A stretch of 63,527 nucleotides of DNA, counting the filler, from Theionarchaea archaeon (lineage in GTDB: Archaea > Methanobacteriota_B > Thermococci > Methanofastidiosales > SZ-28-30), in NCBI GenBank assembly GCA_018992565.1. It is 5 parts of 5 records of this genome, joined end to end, with 100 filler letters (N's around TTAATTAATTAA, not from the genome) between each part and the next. Parts side by side here need not be neighbours in the genome. Positions count along the whole stretch, not along the records: positions 1 to 24,759 come from JACVGW010000037.1; positions 24,860 to 49,093 come from JACVGW010000038.1; 3 more parts are not named here. The stretch is one strand, 5' to 3'. This document shows positions 19,390 to 28,734 of this stretch, piece by piece. The notes beneath the pieces were generated by a model that saw only the letters and a program-made list of their open reading frames with translations, searched no databases and was not told the origin of the DNA. Position 1 is the stretch's first letter. Every line of letters starts with the position of its first letter. The position numbers and the translations under genes are program-made.

Positions 19390-21279
19390 ATGAATAACGG
19401 GAATGTAACCCTCGAGAAAATGAGAGAACAGTACCCAGAGAAGTTTGCAACAGAAGCCGGTATATTTGAGAATATCCATCGAGGAGACTACATATTCATC
19501 GGCACAGCCTGCGCTGAGCCGCAGTACCTCGTAGAAGCCTTAATTAACTATGTAGAGTCATATCCAAAGGCTTTTTTTGACGCAGAGATCATCCATGTAT
19601 GGACATTAGGTGTTGCCCCATATACCGACGAAAAATTCAAGTACAACTTCAGGCACGACTCTTTCTTTGTTGGAGAGAACACCAGGACAGCAGTGAACAG
19701 AGGGGCTGCAGACTATACCCCCATTTTTCTGTCACAAGTACCACACTTGTTTAATGATGGGATTGTCCCCGTGGATGTAGCCCTGATACAGACATCCCTT
19801 CCTGATTGCCACGGATACATGAGTCTGGGAGTCAGTGTTGATATTACCAAGGCTGCTACTGAGAAAGCGCCTCTCGTAATTGCGCAGGTCAATTCCCACA
19901 TGCCGCGAGTGCATGGAGATGGGTTCATCCATATTGATGACGTGGATTTTGTAGTTCCCCATGACGAGCCAGTCCTGGAATATGAACCGCAGGTATCTGA
20001 TGAGATAGCCCAGCAGATCGGGACCTATGTGTCGCCGCTGGTGGAAGATGGTGATACTATCCAGGTAGGATATGGGAGTATACCCAATGCTATCCTGACC
20101 AACCTGGGCCAGAAGAAGCACCTGGGAGTCCACACTGAGCTTCTGGGAGATGGGATCGTGGATCTCATGAAAGCAGGTGTTATTGACAACAGCAGGAAGG
20201 CTGTCGACAGAGGGAAAACGACAGCTACCTTCTGCATGGGTACAAAGGAAACCTACTCGTATATCCATGACAACCCCGCTATCGAGTTCAAGACTGTGGA
20301 CTATACGAATAACCCATTGATTATTGCCCAGCATGACCACATGACTGCCATCAACAGTGCCCTGGAAATTGACCTTACCGGCCAGGCAACAGCAGAGTCT
20401 ATTGGGAAGACTTTTTACAGTGGTATTGGGGGGCAGGCAGATTTCATGCGCGGTGCCGCTCTGGCCAGAAATGGGAGGACAATCCTCACCCTGCAGTCAA
20501 CAGCAGAAAATGGTGAGGTTTCCCGCATTGTCCCCTTCCTGAAGGAGGGTGCAGGTGTGACCTTGAACAGAGGAGACCTTCACTACGTGGTCACAGAATG
20601 GGGAATTGCGTACCTGCATGGTAAGAATATCAGGGAGCGGGCTATGGAGTTGATCTCCATTGCTCACCCAAAGTTCAGGCCCGCGCTCATTAAAGAAGCC
20701 AAGAACCTCAACCTCATCTACAAGGACCAGGCTTTCATCCCGGGAAAGAGGGGAGAATACCCGGGAGAGCTTGAAATGTACAGGACTACACGTGAAGGGC
20801 TGGAAATTCTATTGAGGCCTGTCAAGATCAGTGATGAGCCCCTGCTCAAAGACTTCTTCTACTCCCTCTCAGACCAGAGCATGTACAGACGATTCATTTC
20901 CCAGCGCAAAGACATGCCCCACGAAAGGCTGCAGGACTTCGTGGTCATTGATTACACCAAAGAGACTGTGATACTGGCTGTGGTCCAGGAAGAAGAAAGA
21001 GAAGACGTGGTGGGAGTGGGTCAGTACGGCATTGATGACATCACACACACTGGAGAGGTTGCCTTTGTAGTCCGAGATGACTATCAGAACCAGGGAGTGG
21101 GTACTGAATTGCTCACTTATCTCACGTACCTGGCAAAACGACGTGGGTTGCTGGGCTTTACAGCCGAGGTCCTCCTGGAGAACAAGCCCATGCTTCACTT
21201 ATTTGAGAAAATGGGATTTGACATACAGAAGAGAACAGATGGAGGAGTATACGAATTGAGAATGGCTTTCAGAGGGTAA
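19390..21279 (+). CDS. Acetyl-CoA hydrolase/CoA-transferase fused to a C-terminal GNAT acetyltransferase
   Basis: LGVHTE (catalytic Glu region), INSALEIDLTGQ, SGIGGQADF, VVTEWGIA; GNAT LRPVKISDEP...EVAFVVRDDYQNQGVG...NKPMLHLFEKMGF. Confidence 0.92.
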   Translation: MNNGNVTLEKMREQYPEKFATEAGIFENIHRGDYIFIGTACAEPQYLVEALINYVESYPKAFFDAEIIHVWTLGVAPYTDEKFKYNFRHDSFFVGENTRTAVNRGAADYTPIFLSQVPHLFNDGIVPVDVALIQTSLPDCHGYMSLGVSVDITKAATEKAPLVIAQVNSHMPRVHGDGFIHIDDVDFVVPHDEPVLEYEPQVSDEIAQQIGTYVSPLVEDGDTIQVGYGSIPNAILTNLGQKKHLGVHTELLGDGIVDLMKAGVIDNSRKAVDRGKTTATFCMGTKETYSYIHDNPAIEFKTVDYTNNPLIIAQHDHMTAINSALEIDLTGQATAESIGKTFYSGIGGQADFMRGAALARNGRTILTLQSTAENGEVSRIVPFLKEGAGVTLNRGDLHYVVTEWGIAYLHGKNIRERAMELISIAHPKFRPALIKEAKNLNLIYKDQAFIPGKRGEYPGELEMYRTTREGLEILLRPVKISDEPLLKDFFYSLSDQSMYRRFISQRKDMPHERLQDFVVIDYTKETVILAVVQEEEREDVVGVGQYGIDDITHTGEVAFVVRDDYQNQGVGTELLTYLTYLAKRRGLLGFTAEVLLENKPMLHLFEKMGFDIQKRTDGGVYELRMAFRG

Positions 21280-21283
21280 GACT

Positions 21284-23413
21284 ATGACAGAACTACCAGA
21301 TATTAAGTACTTGTTCGAGCCCCGGTCTGTGGCTGTGGTTGGTGCCTCCCACGATGAGTCCAAGGTGGGGTATAAGGTACTGGAGAATATTGTTAAGGGA
21401 GGATACACGGGGGATATCTATCCTGTTAACCCTAAAGGAGGGGAGATTCTGGGGCTTCCTGTCCTCAAGCGTATTGAAGACATACCTGAAGGTGTGGACA
21501 TTGCCTTCATTATCATCCCCGGGAAGTACGTGTTCGAGGCTGTGAAGAGCTGTGCAGAAAGGAAGGCAAAATTCCTCCCCATTATCTCTTCAGGATTCTC
21601 TGAAGTGGGAAACATCAAAGAAGAGCAGAGAATCGTGGAATATGCTGCAGAGCATGGCATGCGGGTTCTGGGTCCTAATATTTTTGGCATCTACACTGCA
21701 GAAGTCTCTTTGAATGGCACCTTTGGACCTTCTCGAATTCTCAAGGGGAACGTGGCCATCATCTCCCAGAGTGGAGCCTTGGGAGGCTCTATGATAGGAA
21801 AGACAGCAGTGGAGAATATTGGACTGTCTACCATGGTTTCAGTTGGAAACAAGGCAGATATAGGAGAACCTGACCTTTTGCGGTATTTGATGAAGTCTGA
21901 TACGACAAAAGTTATTTTCATGTACATTGAAGGGGTAAAAGAAGGAGAAGAACTAATCTCCGTATTAAGTGAGGCCACGCGGCTGAAACCGGTAATAGTC
22001 ATAAAATCGGGCCGATCAAAGAGGGGTGCTATGGCGGCAGCCTCTCATACAGGTTCTCTGGCGGGACAGGACGAAGTTTTCGATGCTATTATGAAGCAAT
22101 GTGGCGTCTTGCGGGCTGAGAGTCTGCAGGAGGCCTTCAACTGGTGCAAGTTTCTGGCCAGTGCCCCTCTCCCCAGGGGAAATGCTACCGTGATTATCAC
22201 AAATGGGGGGGGACTCGGTGTCATGGCTACTGATGCCTGTGAGAAGTATGATGTGAGCCTCTATGATGATACTGAGATCTTGAAGGAGGCCTTTTCAGAA
22301 GCGACTCCTGATTTTGGTTCCACAAAGAACCCTGTGGATATCACTGGGCAGGCCACTCCCCAGCACTATGAATCTGCACTGAAGGCTGCCCTGGACAATG
22401 AAAGTATCAACAGTGTTATCGCACTCTATTGTGAGACAGCTGTCTTTGATCTTGATGCATTCATAACCCTCATGAAGCAGTACTACAAGAAATCACTCCA
22501 GATGGGAAAACCCCTCCTCTTTTCGTTACTGGGTGGTCAAAAGATTGAGGAGTGTATCCATTCTCTCAAGAATGAGGGAGTTCCTGTGTACTCAGATGTG
22601 TACGAGTGTGTCAGCTGTCTGGGGTCACTCTATAGGTTCTACCACCACCAGCTGGGCGAGAAAAAGCCTCCCGAGGAGTATGACATTGATTACGGTGCCA
22701 TTGAGGCAGTGGTGGAGAAGGCCAGGGCAGAAAACAGGTATTTCCTCCTGGCACATGAGGCTCGATCCATCATGGAAGCTGCGTCAATTCCAACGCCCCA
22801 GAGTTATATTGCCAAGACCCTGGATCAGGCCGTCACTTTTGCAGAGAAGGTGGGATACCCTGTCGTCATGAAAGTGGTCTCCAGGGATATTATCCACAAG
22901 AGTGATGCAGGTGGGGTCGCTTTGGACCTTGAAAATAAGGAAGAGCTCATGGATGCATACCAGGCCATCCTGTATAACTCAAGGCAGTACAACCCTCATG
23001 CCAGAATCGACGGCATAGAGGTTGCTGAAATGGTGGAAAAGGGAACAGAGACTATTGTGGGAGCTCGCGTAGATCAGTCATTCGGTCCTGTTGTCATGTT
23101 TGGTCTGGGAGGAATCTACGTTGAAGTGATGAAAGACGTTTCATTCAGAGCATTCCCTCTAGATCGTGAGGAAGTATTGACCATGATGAAAGAAACTCGA
23201 TCATACCCCCTTCTTCTGGGTGTGCGAGGGGAAGAGAAGAAGGATATTGAGAGTGTCATAGATGCTATCATGAAGGTGGGTGCAGTAATTCACAACTGTG
23301 CTCACATTACTGATATTGAGGTCAACCCCCTGGTTGTATATGAACAGGGGGTCAAAGCAGTAGACGTGAGGATTCTCCTGAAGAGAGAAAAAGGTGGTGA
23401 TATGAATGAATAG
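21284..23413 (+). CDS. ADP-forming acyl-CoA (acetate--CoA) ligase, fused alpha/beta
   Basis: FEPRSVAVVGAS, YPVNP, LGPN, ISQSG, AAASHTGSLAG (catalytic His), NPVDI, ATP-grasp IIHKSDAGGV, FGLGG, EVNP. Confidence 0.93.
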   Translation: MTELPDIKYLFEPRSVAVVGASHDESKVGYKVLENIVKGGYTGDIYPVNPKGGEILGLPVLKRIEDIPEGVDIAFIIIPGKYVFEAVKSCAERKAKFLPIISSGFSEVGNIKEEQRIVEYAAEHGMRVLGPNIFGIYTAEVSLNGTFGPSRILKGNVAIISQSGALGGSMIGKTAVENIGLSTMVSVGNKADIGEPDLLRYLMKSDTTKVIFMYIEGVKEGEELISVLSEATRLKPVIVIKSGRSKRGAMAAASHTGSLAGQDEVFDAIMKQCGVLRAESLQEAFNWCKFLASAPLPRGNATVIITNGGGLGVMATDACEKYDVSLYDDTEILKEAFSEATPDFGSTKNPVDITGQATPQHYESALKAALDNESINSVIALYCETAVFDLDAFITLMKQYYKKSLQMGKPLLFSLLGGQKIEECIHSLKNEGVPVYSDVYECVSCLGSLYRFYHHQLGEKKPPEEYDIDYGAIEAVVEKARAENRYFLLAHEARSIMEAASIPTPQSYIAKTLDQAVTFAEKVGYPVVMKVVSRDIIHKSDAGGVALDLENKEELMDAYQAILYNSRQYNPHARIDGIEVAEMVEKGTETIVGARVDQSFGPVVMFGLGGIYVEVMKDVSFRAFPLDREEVLTMMKETRSYPLLLGVRGEEKKDIESVIDAIMKVGAVIHNCAHITDIEVNPLVVYEQGVKAVDVRILLKREKGGDMNE

Positions 23414-24440
23414 GATAGTAGTGGCATCAACACGAGAGAATGCTGGGAAGACCAGTTTTATTGTAGGGCTAACCAAGGCATTGAGGCGAGAGGTAGGATA
23501 TATGAAACCTTTCGGAGACAGGCTCCTGTACAGGAAAAAACGGTTATGGGATTATGATTCTGCGTTGATGGCTAACATCTTTGGGTTGCGAGAAGATCCA
23601 GAGAATATTACCATTGCTTTTGAGCACTCAAAGATAAAGTACATGTATGACGAAGAAGGTACAAAGGACAAGCTCCTGGAAATGGCAGCCAGCACGGGAG
23701 ACGGAAAGGAGCTGCTTATTGTGGAAGGTGGAAAGGATCTGACCTACGGCATATCTGTGTTTCTGGATGCTGTTTCTGTGGCCCGATATCTGGAAGGGGA
23801 ATTACTCTTGGTCTTGAGCGGTAGTGATGAGACAATTGTGGACGATATCACATTTGTCAGGAAATGCGTGGACATGAAAGGGGTTTCCCTGAAGGGAGTG
23901 GTCGTTACCAAGGTACGGGATCCCAGAGAGTTCACAGATCTCTACCTGGACAGTATTACAGAGCTGGATGTCCCCGTACTAGGAATTATTCCCTATGAGA
24001 AGGAGTTGACATATCTATCTGTGGGATATCTGTCAGAGTTCCTGTTTGCCAAGGTCCTTGCAGGTGAGAATGGATTAACCAATATTGCTCGGCACATTTT
24101 TGTGGGCGCCCTGTCTGCTGATGCAGCCATGAGAAACCCACTCTGGAAGGAGGAAGACAAACTGATTATTACAGGTGGGGACCGAACAGATATGATCCTG
24201 GCCGCTCTGGAAAGCGATACAGCAGGAATTATTCTGACCAACAATGTGCTACCACCTTCAGCAACTGTTTCAAAGGCTGCCACCCGTAATATACCGTTGC
24301 TTCTGGTTTCTTCTGATACCTATCAAACGGCAAAACAGATTGATGATCTGGAACCGTTGCTGACCAGAGAGGATGTGCGCAAGATTGATTTGCTGGAGAC
24401 ACTGGTGAAAGACCATGTGAAGCTTGGAGAAATATGTTAG
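23406..24440 (+). CDS. Phosphotransacetylase N-terminal-like protein (BioD-like P-loop plus DRTGG domain)
   Basis: NAGKT, GYMKPFG, IVEG, IITGGDRTD; no Pta catalytic domain. Confidence 0.88.
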   Translation: MNRIVVASTRENAGKTSFIVGLTKALRREVGYMKPFGDRLLYRKKRLWDYDSALMANIFGLREDPENITIAFEHSKIKYMYDEEGTKDKLLEMAASTGDGKELLIVEGGKDLTYGISVFLDAVSVARYLEGELLLVLSGSDETIVDDITFVRKCVDMKGVSLKGVVVTKVRDPREFTDLYLDSITELDVPVLGIIPYEKELTYLSVGYLSEFLFAKVLAGENGLTNIARHIFVGALSADAAMRNPLWKEEDKLIITGGDRTDMILAALESDTAGIILTNNVLPPSATVSKAATRNIPLLLVSSDTYQTAKQIDDLEPLLTREDVRKIDLLETLVKDHVKLGEIC

Positions 24441-24759
24441 AAGTTGAAAAAGAATAGCTTCTGTACTGCTGACGCATGAATCTGTAACCTGGGGATGACT
24501 TCTCCATCAGAGATACAAGGGTTATTTATCCACCGAGTTCCGAATGGCTTCTGTATTCAAATTGTGGTGGATAATCAGGATGTAGAATGATCGTGGTTGT
24601 CTAGTATGTGGGCGGAAGTTAGTCAACCAGGAGTTGCCGTTTCTGTGAGGAGTTGAACCTGTCTTGAGAAATCAGTGAGGCATGATTGAAGGTCTTGACG
24701 ATTCCCTGGGTTTTCATGTCATAGATTGAACAGAAAAGCCTTCTCTTGACTTCTGAGCG

Positions 24760-24859
24760 NNNNNNNNNNNNNNNNNNNNNNNNNNNNNNNNNNNNNNNNN
24801 NNNTTAATTAATTAANNNNNNNNNNNNNNNNNNNNNNNNNNNNNNNNNNNNNNNNNNNN
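24760..24859. other. Artificial contig linker
   Basis: N44-TTAATTAATTAA-N44 (stop codons in all six frames). Confidence 0.97.
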
Positions 24860-25917
24860 AACCATGCCTTGTTGTGGTCAACATCGACATCCATGAGCTC
24901 TACAGAGTAGGCACCGAACTCCATGGGTTCGTGCTTGTACAGGTAGATCTGAGGCTCAAAGCTGGGGTCACCTACCACCAGGTAGGGCTTTCCGAACAGG
25001 TCGCCAAGAGCACCTGTTCTCCCGTTCATGTCGAGGATTGGACCGCCATCAACTACTGTGTAGATAGTGTTGAACAGCTTGAACTGCGGCAGCATTCCCC
25101 AGTACACCATCCACGGTTCGGGTACAGGGAAGGCGCGCACTCTGTTGTAGTCCAGTCCAGTTATTCGAATACCAGCAGGGTGGTTGTAGTCCATGTAACA
25201 CACAATTGAAGGAGGCACGAAGATGTTGTCAGCCCTGTAGATCAGACCGGGAATAGCATACCAGGCCCACAAGTTGCCCAGCATTCCATCCCATGCGTTG
25301 TACAGATCGATGTCTCCACCATACAGGCAGGCTCTGCAGTCAGCATACTGTAACCACATATCTTCCTGTGTTGAGTAGAAGTCATCAAAGCGGATCTGAA
25401 TTTCTTCGTGAGTTTCCCAGGGCTGGAAGTGCTGATCACCGTTACCCCACAGGACATTATCAAAATCATCGAAGTACCACAGTGGATTCAGGGTATAGGT
25501 TATAGGTGTTCCATTGTTGTCCCAGCCGTTGTATGGCACAGCGTCAGGAACATCAACAGTTGGATAACCCAGGCCCCACAGCACTGCATTCACTGGTACA
25601 TTGATCCATGTTCCAGAGTTAACGACAAATAACATGGGGTTGACATCCTCGTGTACAGCAACAGATGTGTCGGTAAAGGTAACTTCGTCTTCTTGCTCTG
25701 TAAAGGTCATTGTCCCAATCTTGGCAGCTAACATGGTGGCTGATACGACATCCATCGCAGCAGCACCGCTGCCTACCACAATGACACAGGTTGGCTGTCC
25801 TGTCTCAGGGTCCACGAAAAAGTCAGTGGGCGGCACCTCTTGAGCAGCAGCACCCGCAAGGGTGGCTCCTAGTAAGGCTGCTCCAGCCAATACAGCTCCA
25901 ATCTTCCTTAATTCCAT
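24860..25917 (-). CDS. S-layer protein (N-terminal part, truncated by the contig end)
   Basis: MELRKIGAVLAGAALLGATL signal peptide; IVVGSGAAAMDVVSATMLAAKIG matches the Thermococcales/Methanococcales S-layer N-terminal motif; SD AGGAGG; TATA TTTATTAA at 26036-26029. Confidence 0.85.
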
Positions 25918-25930
25918 ATTCTTTCCTCCT
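25807..25930 (-). repeat. S-layer 5' repeat copy 1 (inverted relative to 48970-49093)
   Basis: 124 nt with 5 mismatches against 48970-49093 by manual alignment. Confidence 0.95.
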
Positions 25931-26541
25931 CTTATACTTTCCCTCTCAATCATCCTCCTACACATCAGCAAATCTTGCTCGCGTAGAAACCTTCTTTTAA
26001 CTGTGCATTTACTCTTTATATCAAGCCCTTAATAAACATTTCGCTAGTTTACGTATGTCAAAGGACCAATCCCCAATGCGATGGCCTGCAGTCCGAAGTC
26101 CTGGAAAAAATCTGTTCTGGATTTCAGAAACAGCTCAGAATCATGAAAGCTGACTTAAATACTATAATCTCAACGAGAACGATATTTCCAGAAACAATTA
26201 GATTTCCCTTACAACACCTTTTCAACATACATTTTTGCTCAAAAGGTTACATTTTGAGTGCACATCAGTCATAGAGCTACAAAACTACATCTATTATTCG
26301 AAATCCCCTATTCTCTACTGCCCAGCAAGATCAGGAATATCTTTTTCTTTCTCTCATCAGCCAGCAGTCCTCCAAATATCTCGTAGTAGACAACCGCTGG
26401 GATTTCCTTCCTGTTCCTGACACTGAAGAATTCATATACAGGAACCCAGACCCGTGGTTCAGAAAGTATCTGAAAAAAGGGTGAATTTTAGCAGGCAGCA
26501 TCATGAAGAATACGAAGGGTAGCCCTGTAAATTGGTTTCGT

Positions 26542-26559
26542 CTTATAATGTATTATAAG
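26542..26559. promoter_or_regulatory. Perfect inverted repeat upstream of the MFS promoter (candidate operator)
   Basis: CTTATAAT-GT-ATTATAAG; TATA TTTATATA at 26596-26603. Confidence 0.5.
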
Positions 26560-26685
26560 TGCCTTTTAATCCATTCTAAGTACATATCCATAAAGTTTAT
26601 ATACTACAATCCTGCACTTCAGGATGAAGTAGGTATACATGCAGGGTGTTGCTGTACTCATTGAAGGCAAACAGGTGTATGAGAA

Positions 26686-27993
26686 ATGAAAGAAAGGAGC
26701 TTCCGCACCTTCATCATAATCTGGGCAGGGCAGTTCGTGTCCCTTATTGGATCGGGACTCACTGGGTTTGCTCTTGGAGTATGGGTGTATTTGACCACAG
26801 GATCAGTCACCAAGCTGTCCTTTATCATGTTATCCACGGTGATTCCCGGGATCATCATGTCACCAGTGGCAGGTGTCCTGGTAGATCGATGGAACAGGCG
26901 GAAAGCCATGATATTCAGTGATGCGGGAGCTGCCTTGAGTACGCTGGCCATTGCTGTGCTGCTCTACAGCAGTCGTCTGGAAATCTGGCACATGTACGTC
27001 TTCATATCTATTGGTTCTGCATTTGGGAGCTTCCAGTGGCCCGCCTATTCTGCCGCCACAACTCTCCTGGTTCCCAAGAATCACCTGGGACGAGCTGCAG
27101 GCATGGTGCAGACCGCAGAAGCAGCTTCTGTTATTGTTTCACCTGCTGTGGCAGGAGTTCTCATAATGACTATTCAAATATGGGGTGTCATTGCCATTGA
27201 TTTTGCCACGTTTCTGATTGCCCTGGCAACACTGGCAGTCGTTAAAATTCCTAACCCCCCTCCTACTGGTTACACTGAAGAGAACCCATCATTTCGGAAG
27301 GAAGTGACCTTTGGATGGAGGTACATCGCTGAGAGACGTGGGTTGTTTGCCCTCCTCGTCTTCTTCGCGCTGTCAAATTTCGTCTATGGGTTCGTTAATG
27401 TTCTCTTCACACCACTGGTCCTGAGCTTCACAACACCCGTTATGCTGGGAACTGTGGTTTCTATTGGCGGCATTGGGATGCTCCTGGGAGGGATAGTAAT
27501 GAGTGCATGGGGTGGACCCAGGCGGCGAGTCAATGGTATCCTGGGTGCATCGCTGGTCTCAGGGGCAGCCCTGGCAGTGGGTGGGTTGAGGGCCAGCGTC
27601 CCTCTCCTGGCGGGGGCACTTTTCCTGCTCTTTTTTACAGGTCCCGTTGCCAACGCGTGCAGCCAGGCTATCTGGCAGACAAAGACAGCTCCTGATGTCC
27701 AGGGTAAAGTCTTTGCCGTTCGCAGGATGATAGCTCTGTCTGTTTCCCCTCTTTCTTATCTGACAGCAGGCCCTCTGGCAGACAACGTCTTCGAACCTCT
27801 CTTAGCTGTCAACGGAGGTCTGGCAGGCACTGTAGGTAAGATACTTGGAGTCGGGCCGGGAAGAGGAATTGGATTCATGGTTGTGCTTATGGGAATCCTT
27901 TCTGCTGTAATCGTTGTGGGCGCTTACCTCTATCCAAGGTTGAGGCTGGTGGAAGATGAATTGCCTGACCTGGTGGGTGAGAGCACCCCTTAA
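26686..27993 (+). CDS. MFS transporter (DHA3/MefA-like efflux)
   Basis: WAGQFVSLIGS, motif A GVLVDRWNRRK, FQWPA, QGKVFA; about 12 TMs. Confidence 0.92.
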   Translation: MKERSFRTFIIIWAGQFVSLIGSGLTGFALGVWVYLTTGSVTKLSFIMLSTVIPGIIMSPVAGVLVDRWNRRKAMIFSDAGAALSTLAIAVLLYSSRLEIWHMYVFISIGSAFGSFQWPAYSAATTLLVPKNHLGRAAGMVQTAEAASVIVSPAVAGVLIMTIQIWGVIAIDFATFLIALATLAVVKIPNPPPTGYTEENPSFRKEVTFGWRYIAERRGLFALLVFFALSNFVYGFVNVLFTPLVLSFTTPVMLGTVVSIGGIGMLLGGIVMSAWGGPRRRVNGILGASLVSGAALAVGGLRASVPLLAGALFLLFFTGPVANACSQAIWQTKTAPDVQGKVFAVRRMIALSVSPLSYLTAGPLADNVFEPLLAVNGGLAGTVGKILGVGPGRGIGFMVVLMGILSAVIVVGAYLYPRLRLVEDELPDLVGESTP

Positions 27994-28392
27994 GACCCCG
28001 AGCAATGACGAAGTGAGCTGGAAGTCTTCTGGATATGGCACCGCGTTTCGCTCTTTATGGGTTCACAGTTGTGATTGTGTCATTCAAGCAACCACATTCA
28101 TATCAATGACGCATTCTCCATGGAAAAATGACGAGAATCTCAGGGTATCGACTGTGATGCCTGACCTCGATGACGGAGAGATCAAAGGATCAAAGGATAC
28201 CTTTATAAAGCTCTAAAACCTACGCAGTGGTGGACACCTCTTCATGTGAGAGGGTGATCTCAAAAAGTGGATATTATAAAGGTGGTTTCATAGGAGAGGA
28301 TGGTCAGAATAGTAAATGTGCCCTCTTCTGTAAGGGAAAGCTTTATAAATGGAAAGAAAAACTTCGATTTAGGTATCCTATTTTGTGGTTAT

Positions 28393-28466
28393 GGGCCTGT
28401 AGCTCAGTCTGGCAGAGCATCGGCCTTTTAAGCCGAGGGTCGCGGGTTCAATTCCCGTCGGGCCCG
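28393..28466 (+). tRNA. tRNA-Lys (anticodon UUU)
   Basis: Acceptor GGGCCTG/CGGGCCC plus G, D arm TAGCTCAGTCTGGCAGAGC, anticodon arm TCGGC-CTTTTAA-GCCGA, T loop GGTTCAATTCC; CCA not encoded; TATA TTTATAAA at 28342-28349. Confidence 0.96.
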
Positions 28467-28485
28467 CTCACTTCCGGTGGAGAGA

Positions 28486-28722
28486 ATGAAAAAAATTGAT
28501 CCAACTCACCATGAACTTGTCCCCGAGCACGTAGTCCTTGAAGAGGAAGAAGTAGAAGACCTGCTTCAGATTTACAATATCACTCGAGACAAGTTGCCAT
28601 TAATCAAAGCGGCAGACCCGGTAGTAAAGGCCATAGGTGCCAGACCGGGGCAAGTTGTCAAGATCATCAGGAGAGGAAGCCCTGCAGGAGAAGCAGTAAC
28701 CTATAGACTGATAATCAAGTAA
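28486..28722 (+). CDS. rpoH: RNA polymerase subunit H (Rpo5)
   Basis: HELVPEH, LPLIKAADPV, VVKIIR, YR. Confidence 0.97.
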   Translation: MKKIDPTHHELVPEHVVLEEEEVEDLLQIYNITRDKLPLIKAADPVVKAIGARPGQVVKIIRRGSPAGEAVTYRLIIK

Positions 28723-28734
28723 AGAGGGAATATT

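Noticed and set aside
24526..24574. DnaA-box-like TTATCCAC as a replication origin
   Set aside because: Archaeal genome with no cdc6/orc1 gene or ORB repeats nearby; kept only as a hairpin.
24804..24815. TTAATTAATTAA palindrome repeated four times (also inside 49094-49193, 53974-54073 and 58787-58886)
   Set aside because: Always centred in N44 flanks: an artificial six-frame-stop contig linker. Gene adjacency across these points is not biological.
28010..28180. Four ATGACG motifs and CTGA as a possible C/D-box sRNA
   Set aside because: No canonical C/D'/C'/D spacing or guide lengths and irregular periodicity; cannot be supported without an Infernal/snoscan search.
28227..28499. 90-aa ORF upstream of rpoH
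   Set aside because: It runs through the tRNA-Lys gene and its promoter.
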